Shown here: positions 39,531-51,436 of the stretch, in pieces
Numbering within the stretch: the stretch's first letter is position 1
Layout: every line of letters begins with the position of its first letter
NCBI RefSeq assembly: GCF_000372725.1
Contig: NW_005202428.1
Location: 915,331 to 979,330 of the forward strand
From: Emiliania huxleyi CCMP1516
Taxonomy: Eukaryota
Length of the DNA: 64,000 bases
Direction of reading: 5' to 3'
Notes under the pieces: generated by a model
Told to the model about the DNA's origin: nothing
Databases searched by the model: none
Seen by the model: the letters and a program-made list of their open reading frames with translations, nothing else
Position numbers and translations under genes: made by a program

Positions 39531-39645
39531 GGCTACAGCGGGGACTATCGCTTTCGCTACGCGCCATGGAAGACAAGAGGACGTTGAAAAGTGCAGCTGC
39601 TGCTGTTCGAATCGTTCGGCGGGTTCGGGAAGGGGGTCCGCGAGA
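39531..39645 (+). pseudogene. Degenerate fragment resembling the CRE-like endonuclease C-terminus
   Basis: GDY..RGR*KVQLLLFESFGGFGKGV resembles GHY..KRNKFNLLLHETFGGGF of the 60-kb element and has an in-frame stop. Confidence 0.4.
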
Positions 39646-40625
39646 ACCGAGATCCTCTCTGGAAGGCGGCGCGGACGCGTGCTACGGAGGTGGGCGAAGC
39701 CAACCTGCTGGTCGTTGACACGACCATGATCGACCCGGGTATCACGCTCGCCGCATTTAGGGCTTGACGAACGCATTCGAGCTTTCTCCATCCACGATCG
39801 TCAACGCGGGGGAATCGCTCAAAAAGAAAAACAAAGCCACGGTCAAGTCGATTGAAGAACATCACACGCAATGGGGTTACGAAGTCTCGGCACGGATGTT
39901 TGATTCCACACGCATCCTGATCACACAGCGAGAGCATCCTGAGTGTGTGAAACTGGCGCAGCGATTTTCTGTTTTGCTCCCTTGCAGTAAGCGGGGTCCA
40001 CTGCTCTCGGTCGACGGCTCGTACTCCGCTCCCCGTGAGTCTAGCTGTGAGTGGGGGGGGGGCGTCCACCGGCTCGTCAAGGGCCCTCAAACGTCGACGT
40101 GTGAGAGAGTTTCGTCATAAAATTCTGAAAGAAACAAAGAAAATTCAAGAGAACAAAAAGCCCAAACCAGCTAACCAGGGGATCGGCGGCGCGGCACGCT
40201 CTCTTTTTTTAACACGCTCAATTGTTAGATGTTACATGTAACAGCTAACACCCCCAAGCGTAAGCGTCCTAACACGCGCGCGTATGGTATCCTCGTCGAC
40301 GTCATTCGGTGTGGGTGTGGCGTGTGCTGGGTTCCTTGCCACGGGATCTACGGCTCTACCACCAATTAACACAACAACGGCTGTAATCGGCAGCCGGCGC
40401 GCGAGGCGCGTCCAGTCTAGAGGGGACGGGCACAAAGAGGTGCGGGAGGGTCGTGGTGACGTTGCGCACACACCAAGAACAAGCGCGCGGTCGCGAGAGC
40501 CGGACTCGCGCTGCGGCAGGATCCCTCGGACTTTCTCGTCCAGAAAGATCAGAGCAGCAGAAGCCGGACGGAGTCGACTCGGCGGAGCGGCTGCCGCCAC
40601 CACCATCGCGGTCAGCGAGCGACTT

Positions 40626-42339
40626 TCAGTAGGTGCCTCCCCACTCGAAGCCCGCGGGCGGAGGCATCTCCACCTCTCGCACGCGCGCCTGTTTTGCGCC
40701 AATGCGAGCGAGCCGCGAGGCGACGCTCGCAGTCGGGGGCGGCGGCGGCGCGGCCGGCGGCGGCGGCGGCGCCGCGGCCCGAGCCGCCGCCGCTGCCGCC
40801 TTGGCCTCGGCTGCCGCAGCGGCGAGCGAGGTTGCGGCGCGGGGGGGTGGGGCGCGCGGCACGGCGGCCGTGGCCCCGCCAGCGGAAGCCGCGCCGGGCG
40901 CGATCGGCTTGCAGGCCGTGACGAGGCCGAAGCGGATGGTGCCCTTCTTCTGGCCGCGGATCATGAGGGGCATCACCAGCGCGCCGCGCAGGGTGGACCA
41001 GCCCGAGCGGAAGAGGCCTGGAGGCCGAGCGGAGGGCGTGAGGGCAGCCCGTGCACCGCATTCCGGCGAGAGCTCGAGGGCGGGAGGTACGGGTGCAGGT
41101 GCAGGTGCGGTGGACACCCGGCTCGAGGGGAAGAGCGCCTCGAGTGCCCCCCTCCCCGGAATACACGGAGCTGCGTTCCGCATCTAGCGGGACGGGCCGA
41201 GGATCGACTTTGGCCGGAAGGAGGAGGCGATCACCGCGGGCCAGAAGCGGGCGACGTTGCTCGTCCAGTCGTCGCGCCGCATGCCGCCCATCCCCTTTGC
41301 GGTGAGCAGCCGCGTGTAGTCCGCGACAGAGCACCAGCGAGGGAGGTAGTAGGCCCTCGAGATGCGGCGAAGCAGTCTCTGCTCCTCGGGGCGGAGCTCC
41401 GCCTGCGCAGGTGCGGACTACTCACCCGCGCGGCTCGGGCAGTGCGATGCTCGGGGGAGTGTGAGGCTGGGGTGCGCTCGTCGGCGCCGTCCGAGCCTGT
41501 GCCGCGTCTTGGTGATCTGGTGCGATCTGGTGCGATCTGGTGCGATCTGGTGCGATCTCTATCTCGGGCGAGCACGCGCCTCGCCCGCGACCAGGTCTCT
41601 GTGCGTCCAAGCGACAAGGATCAGCCGGCCGCCTGCGGGAAATGTCCGGCCATGTCTGGGGACAGTTTCCGGCCAGCGTCCAAGCGACGAGGAAGAGGAC
41701 ACCCGGGCGGAGGACGCGGGTGAGCTCTGAGACGAACTTCTCCTTGTCGGGCATGTGCTCCCCCGACTCGAGCGACCAGACAAGGTCGAACGACTCGTCC
41801 GGGAACGGCATCTCGAGCGCGTCTGCCACCTGAAAGGAGAGCTGGTCGCCGAGTCCGGCGGCGGCGGAGAGCTCGTTGGCGCGCTTCGCCTGGTACGGCG
41901 ACAGCGTGATGCCGACGCCGTCGCACCCGAACGCGCGGGCGATGTGGCGCGTCGAGCCCCCGACGCCGCAGCCGACGTCGAGCACACGGCGCGGCACCGC
42001 CTCTCCGCCGCCTCGCGCCCACAGGAGCACCTCGTCAATCATGTCGCTCTGCGCCTGGACGTGGTCCTTCCGCTTGGACCCGGCGGGATAGTAGCCGTGG
42101 TGCATGTGCTCGCCCCACACGCGCTCCCACAGCGCGGAGCTCCCATCGTAGAACGAGGCGATGCCGCGCTTCAGGTCGGCGCGGCTGCGGTAGCCGTCCT
42201 CGGCCGTGGGCTCGGTGAGAGCCGCATCGACGACTGGAGGGCCGGCAGCGGCGGCGACAGGACTGGAGACGAGGCGGGCTCCGACGGGCAGCGCTAGCCG
42301 CGGCGAAAGCGTCAGCGGTGTCTCGAAGAAGAGGAACAT
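40626..42339 (-). CDS. VTE4: Gamma-tocopherol methyltransferase, multi-exon
   Basis: GIASFYDGSSALWERVWGEHMHHGYY, VLDVGCGVGGS, LVWSLESGEHMPDK, AYYLPRWCS, WTSNVARFWPAVI and GWSTLRGALVMPLMIRG. Confidence 0.93.
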
Positions 42340-42553
42340 GGCCCACGGTGTTCTTTTTTCTTTCTTTCGTGCAGTCCGCGCCAGTCCGCGCCCTTGTCGT
42401 GCCAGTGTGCTGTGAGAGAGGCTTGTATTTTAAGAATTCTTTCTTTCTCCGGCGCCCATCCTGCGAGTGGCGGTGAGTGGCGGTTTTATTAACGCGGTGA
42501 GTGGCGTGCAGTGTTGTGTTCACTAGCTCTGAGTAGAGGCGCGTGTGCAGTTG

Positions 42554-43321
42554 TAAATAATAAATAAATAAAACGGTCAAACTCTGAGACGAGATGGGAT
42601 TTAGGGACATGTGTCCCCGCCCTGCACGATCTTTGTGAGGGATCTTCAATCCGTGTCCCCTCACCCCTCGTCACAAACCCGACATGGAAGAGCGGCAAGA
42701 GTTGGGGCTGCGGCTACGGCTGCGGCTACGAGAGGGGCCGGGGTCGCGGGAGAGCCGCTGCGCCGCGTGGACGCGCCTACACCGCTCTTGCTCCGCTCGC
42801 CACCTCTCGCAAAGGATTAAAGTCATAGCCATCACCTCCTCCGGCAAGTCCTTTTCGCCTATCTTGCCGTCCCTCCAATCCTGGAAGAGCTCGTCGTCAT
42901 AGCCGTATTGCATCACAGCCTGCTGCACTGCGTCGTGTACAACCCCTGCCACCCTATCCCGCGCCTCGGCGTCGGAAAAGTATTGGTCGAGCTCGGAGTC
43001 ATACTCGGAAGCAGGCGCAGACGGCCGCGGTGATTTGGCAGGCGGCGAGGAGGGGGAGGGGGAGCGCGGCGGTGCGCGCTCGTGCCTCCCGCTGGTGCCA
43101 GAAGGGCCAGCGCCCAGCGCGCTCAGCCTGTTCTTGTTCACCTTGGGAGAGGGGGATGGGGGTCCACCTCCCTTGGGTGCGGGCTGGCGGTCAGGCTTGC
43201 GCTTGACCGCCTTGCCCGGCGGCTTGCGGCCATGGTTCCTCATGGTGAACCTGTCCGGCATGCCGCCCTTCCCAACCCTGGTCCACCCCTCGGGCGACTC
43301 GTTGGGCTGGGGTTGCTGCAC
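42554..43321 (-). mobile_element. Probable retroelement remnant: basic/Pro-rich ORF (42671-43321) followed by a 3' region with a (TTTA)n tail
   Basis: 42554-42646 is repeated at 44792-44879, and both end in a TTTATTTATTTA tail on the minus strand. The ORF has GWTRVGK and NRLSAL motifs reminiscent of LINE ORF1. Confidence 0.5.
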
Positions 43322-43400
43322 CTGTTGGTGCTGCGGGTGTGCCTGTGTTGTGTGTATCGCAGACGCAGTGTTAATTTAAGGGGAAACCCGGTACGCGGGG

Positions 43401-43586
43401 CCAACCCTCGGAGACCCGTGTTTAGTTTATGGCCCCTTCCCTGCGAACGCGCACCCCCCAGGGCTAGGGCTCTCTAGCCCGTAACCCGATGCCAATCATC
43501 CGGCCCGCTGGGTGCGCTTCTCAGTCCCCGGCCCGCTGTGGCGGGGTGTGCGGTTATACTGACTGCACTCCAAGTGCTCCAAGTGC
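43401..43586 (+). repeat. CAAGTGCTC-tailed repeat, copy of 30620-30804
   Basis: Direct sequence similarity. Abuts repeat family T at 43587. Confidence 0.9.
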
Positions 43587-44027
43587 GGGCACGGGACTGG
43601 CGCGCACTGGCACTAACGAGAAATAGCGCGGTGGTCCAAGTGGTCCAAGTGCTCCCACACGCTGCGGGCGTCGAGGGGGTGGGCGGACGAGACAACGGGC
43701 CGTCTGCTGCCAGTTGTTCACCGCGCTTGACCGCCCGCACAACTGCGTGGGCACGCTGGGACGCTCTCGGACTACCCTTTGGGAAAGAAATCTCCGAGCT
43801 AAGAAATCGGTGCTTAGGAGGAGGACTACGAGATTGGCGGGAGAACGCACGACGACGCCAACACCGACAGCTCCAGGCCGCCGACGAGGGAGCAACGAAG
43901 TTCGCTGCTGCTCAGTCTGCAAAAGGACGGAGCGGCGCCGGCGCGAGCAGCGACGGCGGACCTCCGTGCGGCCAAGGCGCAGCTGAGCCACGCCACCGCC
44001 GCCAAGTCGGATCTGCAGGAGCGGCTT

Positions 44028-44390
44028 GTGCGCGCAGAGGCCGTGGCGGAGCATGCAAAGCAAGCCGCCGCGAGCGCCGAGGAGCTGCGCAGGAAGCAAG
44101 AGTCGGAGGCACTGCAGCTGATTCGTGCGAGGGATGAGCTGGACGACCTTCAGTCGGCGAAGGATGAGGAGATCTCGGAGATGAATGACCAGCTCTACGA
44201 GAAGACGCAGCTGCTTGAGGCGGCGGAGGAGACCGTGGCTGCGTTGCAGGCGGAAGCACACACGTTGAGAGAAGAAGTTGAGGGCCAGAGGAGCGCCACG
44301 GCGCAGGTGCAGAGGTTGCAGCAGGAGCTAGCAGAGGAGAGGGAGGAGAAGGAGCGGCTGAGCAGGCTTCTCCAGCAGGCGATTGGATGA
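44028..44390 (+). CDS. Coiled-coil fragment of unknown function
   Basis: E/Q/L-rich heptad-like sequence. Start unclear, may be a pseudogene. Confidence 0.35.
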   Translation: MRAEAVAEHAKQAAASAEELRRKQESEALQLIRARDELDDLQSAKDEEISEMNDQLYEKTQLLEAAEETVAALQAEAHTLREEVEGQRSATAQVQRLQQELAEEREEKERLSRLLQQAIG

Positions 44391-45024
44391 GGAGACATGT
44401 TCACTGCCACAGTAGTCTCCATCGTGGTGGCTGATGCCGAGCCGGGAGAGGAGCGAGAGCTCCCAGCGACGCGCGTCGCAGCGTCGGCCGCGCGCTCCCC
44501 CCCCGCCGCGCGCCGCGTCCCCCGCTCGGCGCTCGGCGTTGCACTCGCCCAGCTAGAAAATCTATCTCTGCCTCGTCGGGATCCACGGGAATCGGGATGT
44601 GCTTCATGGTGTGTGTGTGTGGTGCAGCGTGGAGCGTGCAGCATACACATACGTAACGATTCGGAGTTTGTTTTCAGACTCATTCTCAACTCTTAAGTGG
44701 CAGTGTGTGTGGGGGACACCGGCCGACACCGCTCACCGCACACCGGCTGCTCTGTTGCTCTCACTGCTCACCACGCCGCCGCGGTCCCCGCTAAATAAAT
44801 AAATAAAACGGACACCTCTACTGTGAGATGGGTAAAAAGGAACAGGTCCCCGCCCTTGCGATGTTTGTGCAGGGTTCTTTGTGGGTGTGGTCCCCGCTGC
44901 GCGACGAAGCTCGAAGGGGATCACATTACACGCACGTACGTAGACCGTGGAATGCGGAAACACTCTGAGCTCGCAACACACACAGGGAACACTCAGCACA
45001 CCCTCACGAGGCCCTTAGCTAAAC

Positions 45025-47249
45025 TTACGTTTGCACAGGCTGCGGAGGCTGGCCAACCACCGACGGTCGTGCCCCCCTTTTCCTTGCCGCCGCCGCCGCC
45101 GCCAACTCTTGCGCGCATTCGAGTCGCCTCAACGCGCGGCGATGCTCGTCGCTATACTCGATCACAGTTGCGGCGCCGGCGGCCCGCAGGGAGGCGTGCA
45201 GCGCAGCCAGCTCCGCAGGGGCGAGCCAGCCTCGCGAGCCGGCGACGGCGACGAGGGCGTCGCTCGCGCGGCAGAGCGTGCGGGCAAGGGTTGCGTCCCG
45301 CACGCCTGGCAAGAGCACCTCGACCGCCTCGATCGCCTGCAGCGCGCCTCTTCGCTCGGCGCTGCAGAAGAGGTCGGTGCGCCCCAGTTTGGCGCGGCGT
45401 GCGTCCTCGCACGCCAGGGCGGAGAGGGCGGCCGCACACGCGCACAGCACGGCGGGCTGCGACCGGTGGACGCGCAAGGAGAGCCAGAGGAGGGGCAGGA
45501 GCTCGGCTTGCGCGAGGGTCGGCGTCAGCGAGTGGATCAGCGGCGAGGGCGAGGCGGCGTCCGCGGCGGCGTCCGCGGCGGACGCCGTTCCCGGCGCGCC
45601 GAGCAGAGCGAGCACTGCGCGCCAGCCGCACATGCTCACGGCGGCGTCGGCGGGCGAGTCAGAGCCGTGCTCGGCCACCGCCCGCAGCAGCAAGCGGAGG
45701 CCGCCGCCCTCCTCCAGCTGCCGCATCGCCGCCGCATGCGGGAGCAGAGCGCCGAGGGCGGCGCACGCGGCAGCCTGCAGCCTCGACGAGGAAGCGCCCG
45801 CAGAGCGGAACCGGTTCATCGCGCCGACGCATGCAGCGGCGGCGCCGGCGGTGGCGAGGGTCTCACCGAGAGCGGGCGAGCGGCGGGCGAGGGCGTGCAC
45901 GGCACCGCAGCAAGCGAGCTGCAGCCGGAGTGTGCTCGGGTGGTCGAGCATGCCTGAGGTATGAATACACCCAAGTATCGAGGGCGTCGCGTGAGTACAA
46001 GGGTTATGAGACGACGAATACAGCGGAGTGCGTGTCCTCTCGAGCGCTCGTCGGAACACACTGATCTGATTCCGCATCTAGGCGCGTGCGCCCGCCACGA
46101 CGAAGCCGGCCGCGGTGAAGGCAAAGTGAGACGCGACGCCGGCGGGCTCGCGCGAGGCAGCGGTCAGAGCGGCGACCGTGGCGGCCGCGGCGGCGATCAG
46201 CGGGGCGGACGGCGCGTGCGCCTGTGGCGCATGTCATGGACGTGTCATGGACGTGTCGCGGAAAGGTCACGGAAAGGTCTCGACCTGACGGCGCGTGCGC
46301 CATCGCGTCGCAGAGGCGCTGCAGCGCGCCGCACCGCTCGAGCGCCTCTCGCGCCGCGCCGTGCCATGGCTGGCAGCCTAAGGGAGGTCCCGGTGGCGGT
46401 GCGGGCAAGGCTACCTAGGGAGACGCTGGCTGGCGCACGGCGGGCGGGAGCACCACAGCTCAACGCGCACAGGGCGCGGCAGGCGGCGGCGGCAGCCTCG
46501 TGGCCAGTGGGCGGCCCCGAGAGGGTGGCTCGCAGGCCGCCCGCCGGCTGCACCGCCCGCCTAAGCGCAGCGGTGAGCGCCTCGGCCGCGCCAGCGACCA
46601 CGAGCTCCGCCTGCGCGCTGGTCGCCTCTCCTCCCTCTGAGAGGGATGCGATGCGCTCCGCGGCGGCGCGCTGCAGCGCACCATTGGAGAGGTGGGCGCG
46701 CAGGATGGCGAGAGCCGTGCGGCTGCCCGCGGTCGGCAGCGCAGCGACGCACTCGGCCGCAGGAGTGGCCGTCGCGGTGAAGGGCGGCGGCTGCAGAAAG
46801 GCGAGGAGCGGCGCCGGCGCCGGTGAGCCGGCCGCACGCGCGGTCACGTCGCGTAGGTACTGCTGCAGCTCGTGCCGGCGCAGCAGCTCCGCCCGGGCGG
46901 AGAGCAGGCTGAAGGGCAGCGCCGACGCGGCGACCGGGAAGGCGTCGTCGAGCGCGAGGGCCGTGGCGAGTTCGCTGTGAAGCGCGACAAAGTCCGAGTA
47001 GCGCCGCTCCGTCTCAAGCGCGCCACCGCCGTCCAGGAGGGCGCGGACGGTGAAGGAACCGAAGCGGGCGCCCGACGAGTCGAGCCGCGTCTGCGCCTGC
47101 ACGATGGCCACGCGCTCGATGGCGGCGGGCGGCGGCAGCGCCGGCGGTGCCGCTGCTGGCGCGGCCGGAGCTGCTCGAGGTGCAGGGGCTGTGCTGCTCG
47201 CCGCCAGGACCTCGTCGAGCTCGTCGAGGAGGCAAAGACCGGAGGACAT
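45025..47249 (-). CDS. PX-domain and armadillo-like repeat protein, multi-exon
   Basis: ERRYSDFVALHSEL..RRHELQQYL..LLAFL (PX), followed by helical repeats LQAAACAALGAL and VLCACAAALSALA. Confidence 0.75.
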
Positions 47250-47577
47250 ATCCGTGTTTTGTGTGCGACCAGACCGACAAGGGTCGCACCCCGGGAAAGA
47301 ATTCTTATCGGCCGGATCGTCCTTACAAGATCCTGCTCGTGCAGGTGGGGACCCTGTCCTTCTCCCACCCCTCATTTGGCGTGCCCCTTTTATTTATTTA
47401 TTTCTGGCGTGCCGGTTTCTTTTTCTTTCTTTCTGGCGCGCACTGGCACCAAGGAACCTAGGCACCAACACAGGTACACCACGGGGCGACCCATGCGAGA
47501 ACGGAGAATTTATCCTAGCCCGTGTCGTGTCCAGTTTGGTTAATTGTTTTTACTTTGCCGCCGGGCAGTAGTTACAA

Positions 47578-48375
47578 ATGCTCGGCCGCAGGAGCTCTCG
47601 CAAGGCTCCTGCCGTGAGCGCGCGAGACGCTCCGGCGCTCGCAGCGCAGGCTGCTGCCGCCGAGTTGGCGCGGTTGGCGGCACGGCGAGCTGCTCTGCAA
47701 TCGCAGCCCGTGGCCAGGAAGAATCCGAGAGTCATCCTCCGCCCTAACGAGCCATGGCTTCTGGAGCTGGACGACGACACGTTTGGTGCACTGTGCGCCG
47801 CGGTGCTGTGTCCTCTCGACCCAAGAGGCGCCGGCAGGCTTGCCTCGTGCTGCCGCGCCCTACGAGAGCGGCTGCGAGCGCCACTCGCGGCGCTGCAGGC
47901 CGAGAACCGCGGCGTGCGGAGCCTTTGCGCCAAGGCGGGCTCCACCTGCGCGGCGTTGCTCGTGGCTACGCGGCTGGTGTGGGGGCAGAGGAGCCTCAGC
48001 GATGCAGACGCGGCGGCGCTCGCCTCGCTTGCGCGCAGAAAGCAGCTTGAGCGGCTCACGTACCTCGGCCTCCCTCAGAATCGGATCTCGGACGGCGGCG
48101 TGTGCGCGCTGGCGGCGGCGCTCCGCGGCGGCAGCATGCGTCGCCTCAAAGTGCTCGACCTCTCTGGCAACCGCGTCGGGGCGGAGGGCCGGCGGGCGCT
48201 CGGAAACGCGCTGGAGGCGCCGGGGGCGCTGCCCTCGCTCATCAGCCTGAGCCTCAACAACGCCGCGGGCGAGCGGCGCCTGACGCTCGAAGAGGCGAAG
48301 GTTCTCGCGCAGCAGAGTGCGCACGCGCAGAGGCACAAGCGGCTGCTGAGCGCCAAGGGGCTGGTCCCACAGTGA
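47578..48375 (+). CDS. RNI-like leucine-rich repeat protein
   Basis: LTYLGLPQNRISDGGVCALAAAL, LKVLDLSGNRVGAEG and LISLSLNN. Confidence 0.8.
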   Translation: MLGRRSSRKAPAVSARDAPALAAQAAAAELARLAARRAALQSQPVARKNPRVILRPNEPWLLELDDDTFGALCAAVLCPLDPRGAGRLASCCRALRERLRAPLAALQAENRGVRSLCAKAGSTCAALLVATRLVWGQRSLSDADAAALASLARRKQLERLTYLGLPQNRISDGGVCALAAALRGGSMRRLKVLDLSGNRVGAEGRRALGNALEAPGALPSLISLSLNNAAGERRLTLEEAKVLAQQSAHAQRHKRLLSAKGLVPQ

Positions 48376-49389
48376 CAGAGTGTGACTCACCAGAGCGTGA
48401 CGGAGTGCGATCCCTAGGAAAGTATACTACTTCCACTAGAGCCCCCCGTGGTGTTGCGACGCGCCGCCCGCCGGCCGCCGGCGCCGCGGTTATGTGAGCC
48501 TCGAGGTGTGGGGTATAAAAGTTGAGAGCAGGGTGTGGGGAGCGCGCCGGGGCGCCTGCACAGGGCGCGGGGCGCGCTATCCTGAGCCGGGACTTGAGCG
48601 GGAGTGGGTTTAACAAAATCCGCAGGAACCCACCGCGGCGGCGCGGCGTCGCCGGCGGTCGCGGCCAAACACTGACGACAGAGAGTGTCGCGCGTCCTCG
48701 TCACACACCGACGCGCTCCTGGGGCCCTGGGGGCTGGAGTCCGAACGCAACGCCTCTCAGGTGCACGGGTCCCCCGGCCCCCACCCCTTCCCCTCCTGCC
48801 GCCCTCGCCCCCGAGGCAAGCATCTTGCGCCCCGTCCCGTCGTCCAGGGAGAGATCGCGCCCCATCCCGCCCCCGACCGACGGCCACCTCGACGCGGATG
48901 CGGCGCCTGTGCTGCCCGCAGTACCGCCCACGGGGACCGGTGCCTCGCGTCGGCCGAAGTCGCTTCGCCCGTCTCTCATTCGCCGGGGCGGCCCCCCGGC
49001 TCCGACCCCTTGACCGCGTCCTATGCGCACCGATCAGAGGCGAGAGGAGTCGGGGCTGTGCATCGTGAACTAGCACGTCCCGGCCGAGGCTCCGGCAGGG
49101 GCGGCGGCGAGGGTGGAGAGGCGGGCGGGGAAGGCGGCGGAGGCAGCCAGTTCTAGGAGGGCGGCGGCGGCGGCGGCGGCGACGGCGGCGGTGAGGGTGG
49201 CGGAGATGGTGGCGGAGATGGTGGCGGAGATGGTGGCGGAGATGGTGGCGGTGAGGGTGGCGGTGAGGGTGGGGGAGGGTATGCGTGGCGATGAGAGGTG
49301 TCGGCGGGCGGTGCGGATCCTGGTCACTCGAGGAGCGCCCGTCTGCTGATCTCGGCTGATCTCGGCTAATCTCGGCTGATCTCGAGGTC

Positions 49390-51164
49390 ACCTCGAGGAG
49401 CGCCTTGCGCTGCCGCTCCTCCTCCTCCTCCGCCGCGACACGAATCGCCTCCTTCTTCGCGGCCTGCGCCCGGCGGAGGGAGGGAGTGTGCTCGGAAGTG
49501 CCTCGAGAGTGTCTCGAGAGTGTCTCGAGAGTTGTACGTGTCTCACATCGATGAAGCGTCAACTAGCAGGAGGAGGGAGGAGGAGGCAGGGGTTCTTCCT
49601 TCCAGCGCCTGCGTCTTGCGCATCAGCTAACTTGGGCGAGTCCCGGCTAGTCTCCGCTAGTCTCCGCTAGTCTCGGCTATAGTCGCGGCGCCTGCGTCTC
49701 GCTCATCAGCCGCGCGCAGTCGGCGGGCGAGAGGAGGAGCACGTCCCCGCCGGCGGGGGGCTCGGACCCTGCGCCCGAGCCGGGGGTGCACGCGCGGGTG
49801 AGGGGGGAGCAGCGGAAGACGGCTCCGTGTACATCTATCTCGCCGGTGGAGGTGAAGGCGGCAGGGAGGGTGATGGGAGGATGGGGCGGGGAGGGAGGGT
49901 GATGGAGATCAGAGCGGAGAGGCGGCCGACGATGCATCTTGCCTCCTCCCCGCCCCTCCCCCTCCCCCTCCCCCTCTCCCTCTCTCTCTCCCCGGGGGGC
50001 GCGCGCCGTCGGCGAGCGGGTGGCACATCTCGCGGTACAGATTCTCGAGCATCGCTCGCTGCGCAGACGGGCCAGGCGGGGGCGTGAGGTGGGGGTCACG
50101 GAGAGGCAGCTGGTGAGGGCGTCGGCGGAGGCAGAGGTCGCAAGGGAGTGGCTCGGAGGTGGCTAGCACGACTCTGGCCGCCATCAGGCAAGCGGGCGTG
50201 GCACGGCGCGGCTTCTCCCGAGGGTGACCTTCTCCAAGGGTGACCTCGTTCTGACCTCTTTCTCCCCCCAAGGTGACCTGCAGTGTGCCGACCGTGTCGG
50301 CGTCCCAGTTCGGGAACTTGGCGCGCAGCTCCGCCGAGCGCGCGGCGGCAGGGGCAGCCCGCTCCGCGAGGAAGGTCAGCTTTCCTGCGCAGCGGCGGCG
50401 GCGGCGCGGTGGCGGACCAGGACTGGCCTCTGGCGGGTAGGGCGTCAGAGCGGACGGGCCGAAGGGTGGGCGGGGCGGGCGGTGGCGCCGAGCATGGCAG
50501 GCTTCTTGGAGAGCTCGACGGCGGCGTCGGCGAAGCCGGCGGCGGTCACCTCCTCGCCCAGCTTCATCAGCTCGATCGTCTTCTTGAGCTGCTGAATCGC
50601 CGGCACACCGAGCGGCTTGTCGTTGACGAGCGCCGTCACAAACTTTGTGAACATGCGCTCGCGAAAGGAGCCCGGCCCCAGCTGCTGGCGGAAGGAGCGG
50701 ACGGTGGCGGCCATCTCGGCGTCGTTGCCCAGGTACGCCATCATCGTCGCGGCAAAGTCGGCCAGCAGCTGCTCCACCTTCTGCTTGTACAGCCGCTTGG
50801 ACTGGATGCCGACCGCAGCCGCCGTCGCGAGGACCGTGAGGCCGATGAAGGGCGTGCGAGCGCGCTGCGCGAGGCTCGGCGGCTCGGGCACCGCGGCGCT
50901 CGGGGGCGGCACCCCCACCGCGGTCTCCGACTCCTGCTGCTGCTGCGGCGCGGTGAGGCTGCCGACAGCAGAGCGTTGAGCCACGAGCTCGACGCGCACC
51001 CGCGGCGCCGGTTCGTCCGAAGCGGCCATTCGCAAGAGCGGACGGCTCTGCTGGCGCGACAGCTCGAGCGGCACAGTCGGCGACGCCGACGGCAAGAAGG
51101 CGGCCGACGCCGTGGAAGACGCGAGCCAGAACGAGATCATTGCCAAGCGCGCGACACTCTGCAA
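49390..51164 (-). CDS. Putative plastid-targeted helical membrane protein, multi-exon (3' end uncertain)
   Basis: Signal peptide ending ASAAFLP (ASAFAP-like), TM FIGLTVLATAAAVGI, then exons GKLTFLAERA, AMLENLYREM and EEEEERQRKALLE. Confidence 0.55.
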
Positions 51165-51436
51165 TTTTTTTTTATTTTTATTTATTTAATAATATATAAA
51201 AAATTTAATAAAATAAAAAACTATTAGCAACTCCTCCGCGCGGCGACGAGGCAGCGAGACGATGAGATGCGTCGCAAAGATTCTCCCGAACACACAATTC
51301 ATGGTGCACTGCTGACAGGGGCGGCCGGCGGCGGCGGCGCGGTCGGCGGACGTGGCTGCGGTGCCGTCGTCGCCGGGGACCCCGCGGCGGGGGCTGGCAG
51401 CGCCGCCCGCTCCGGCTCGGACTCCATCTTGGACGC

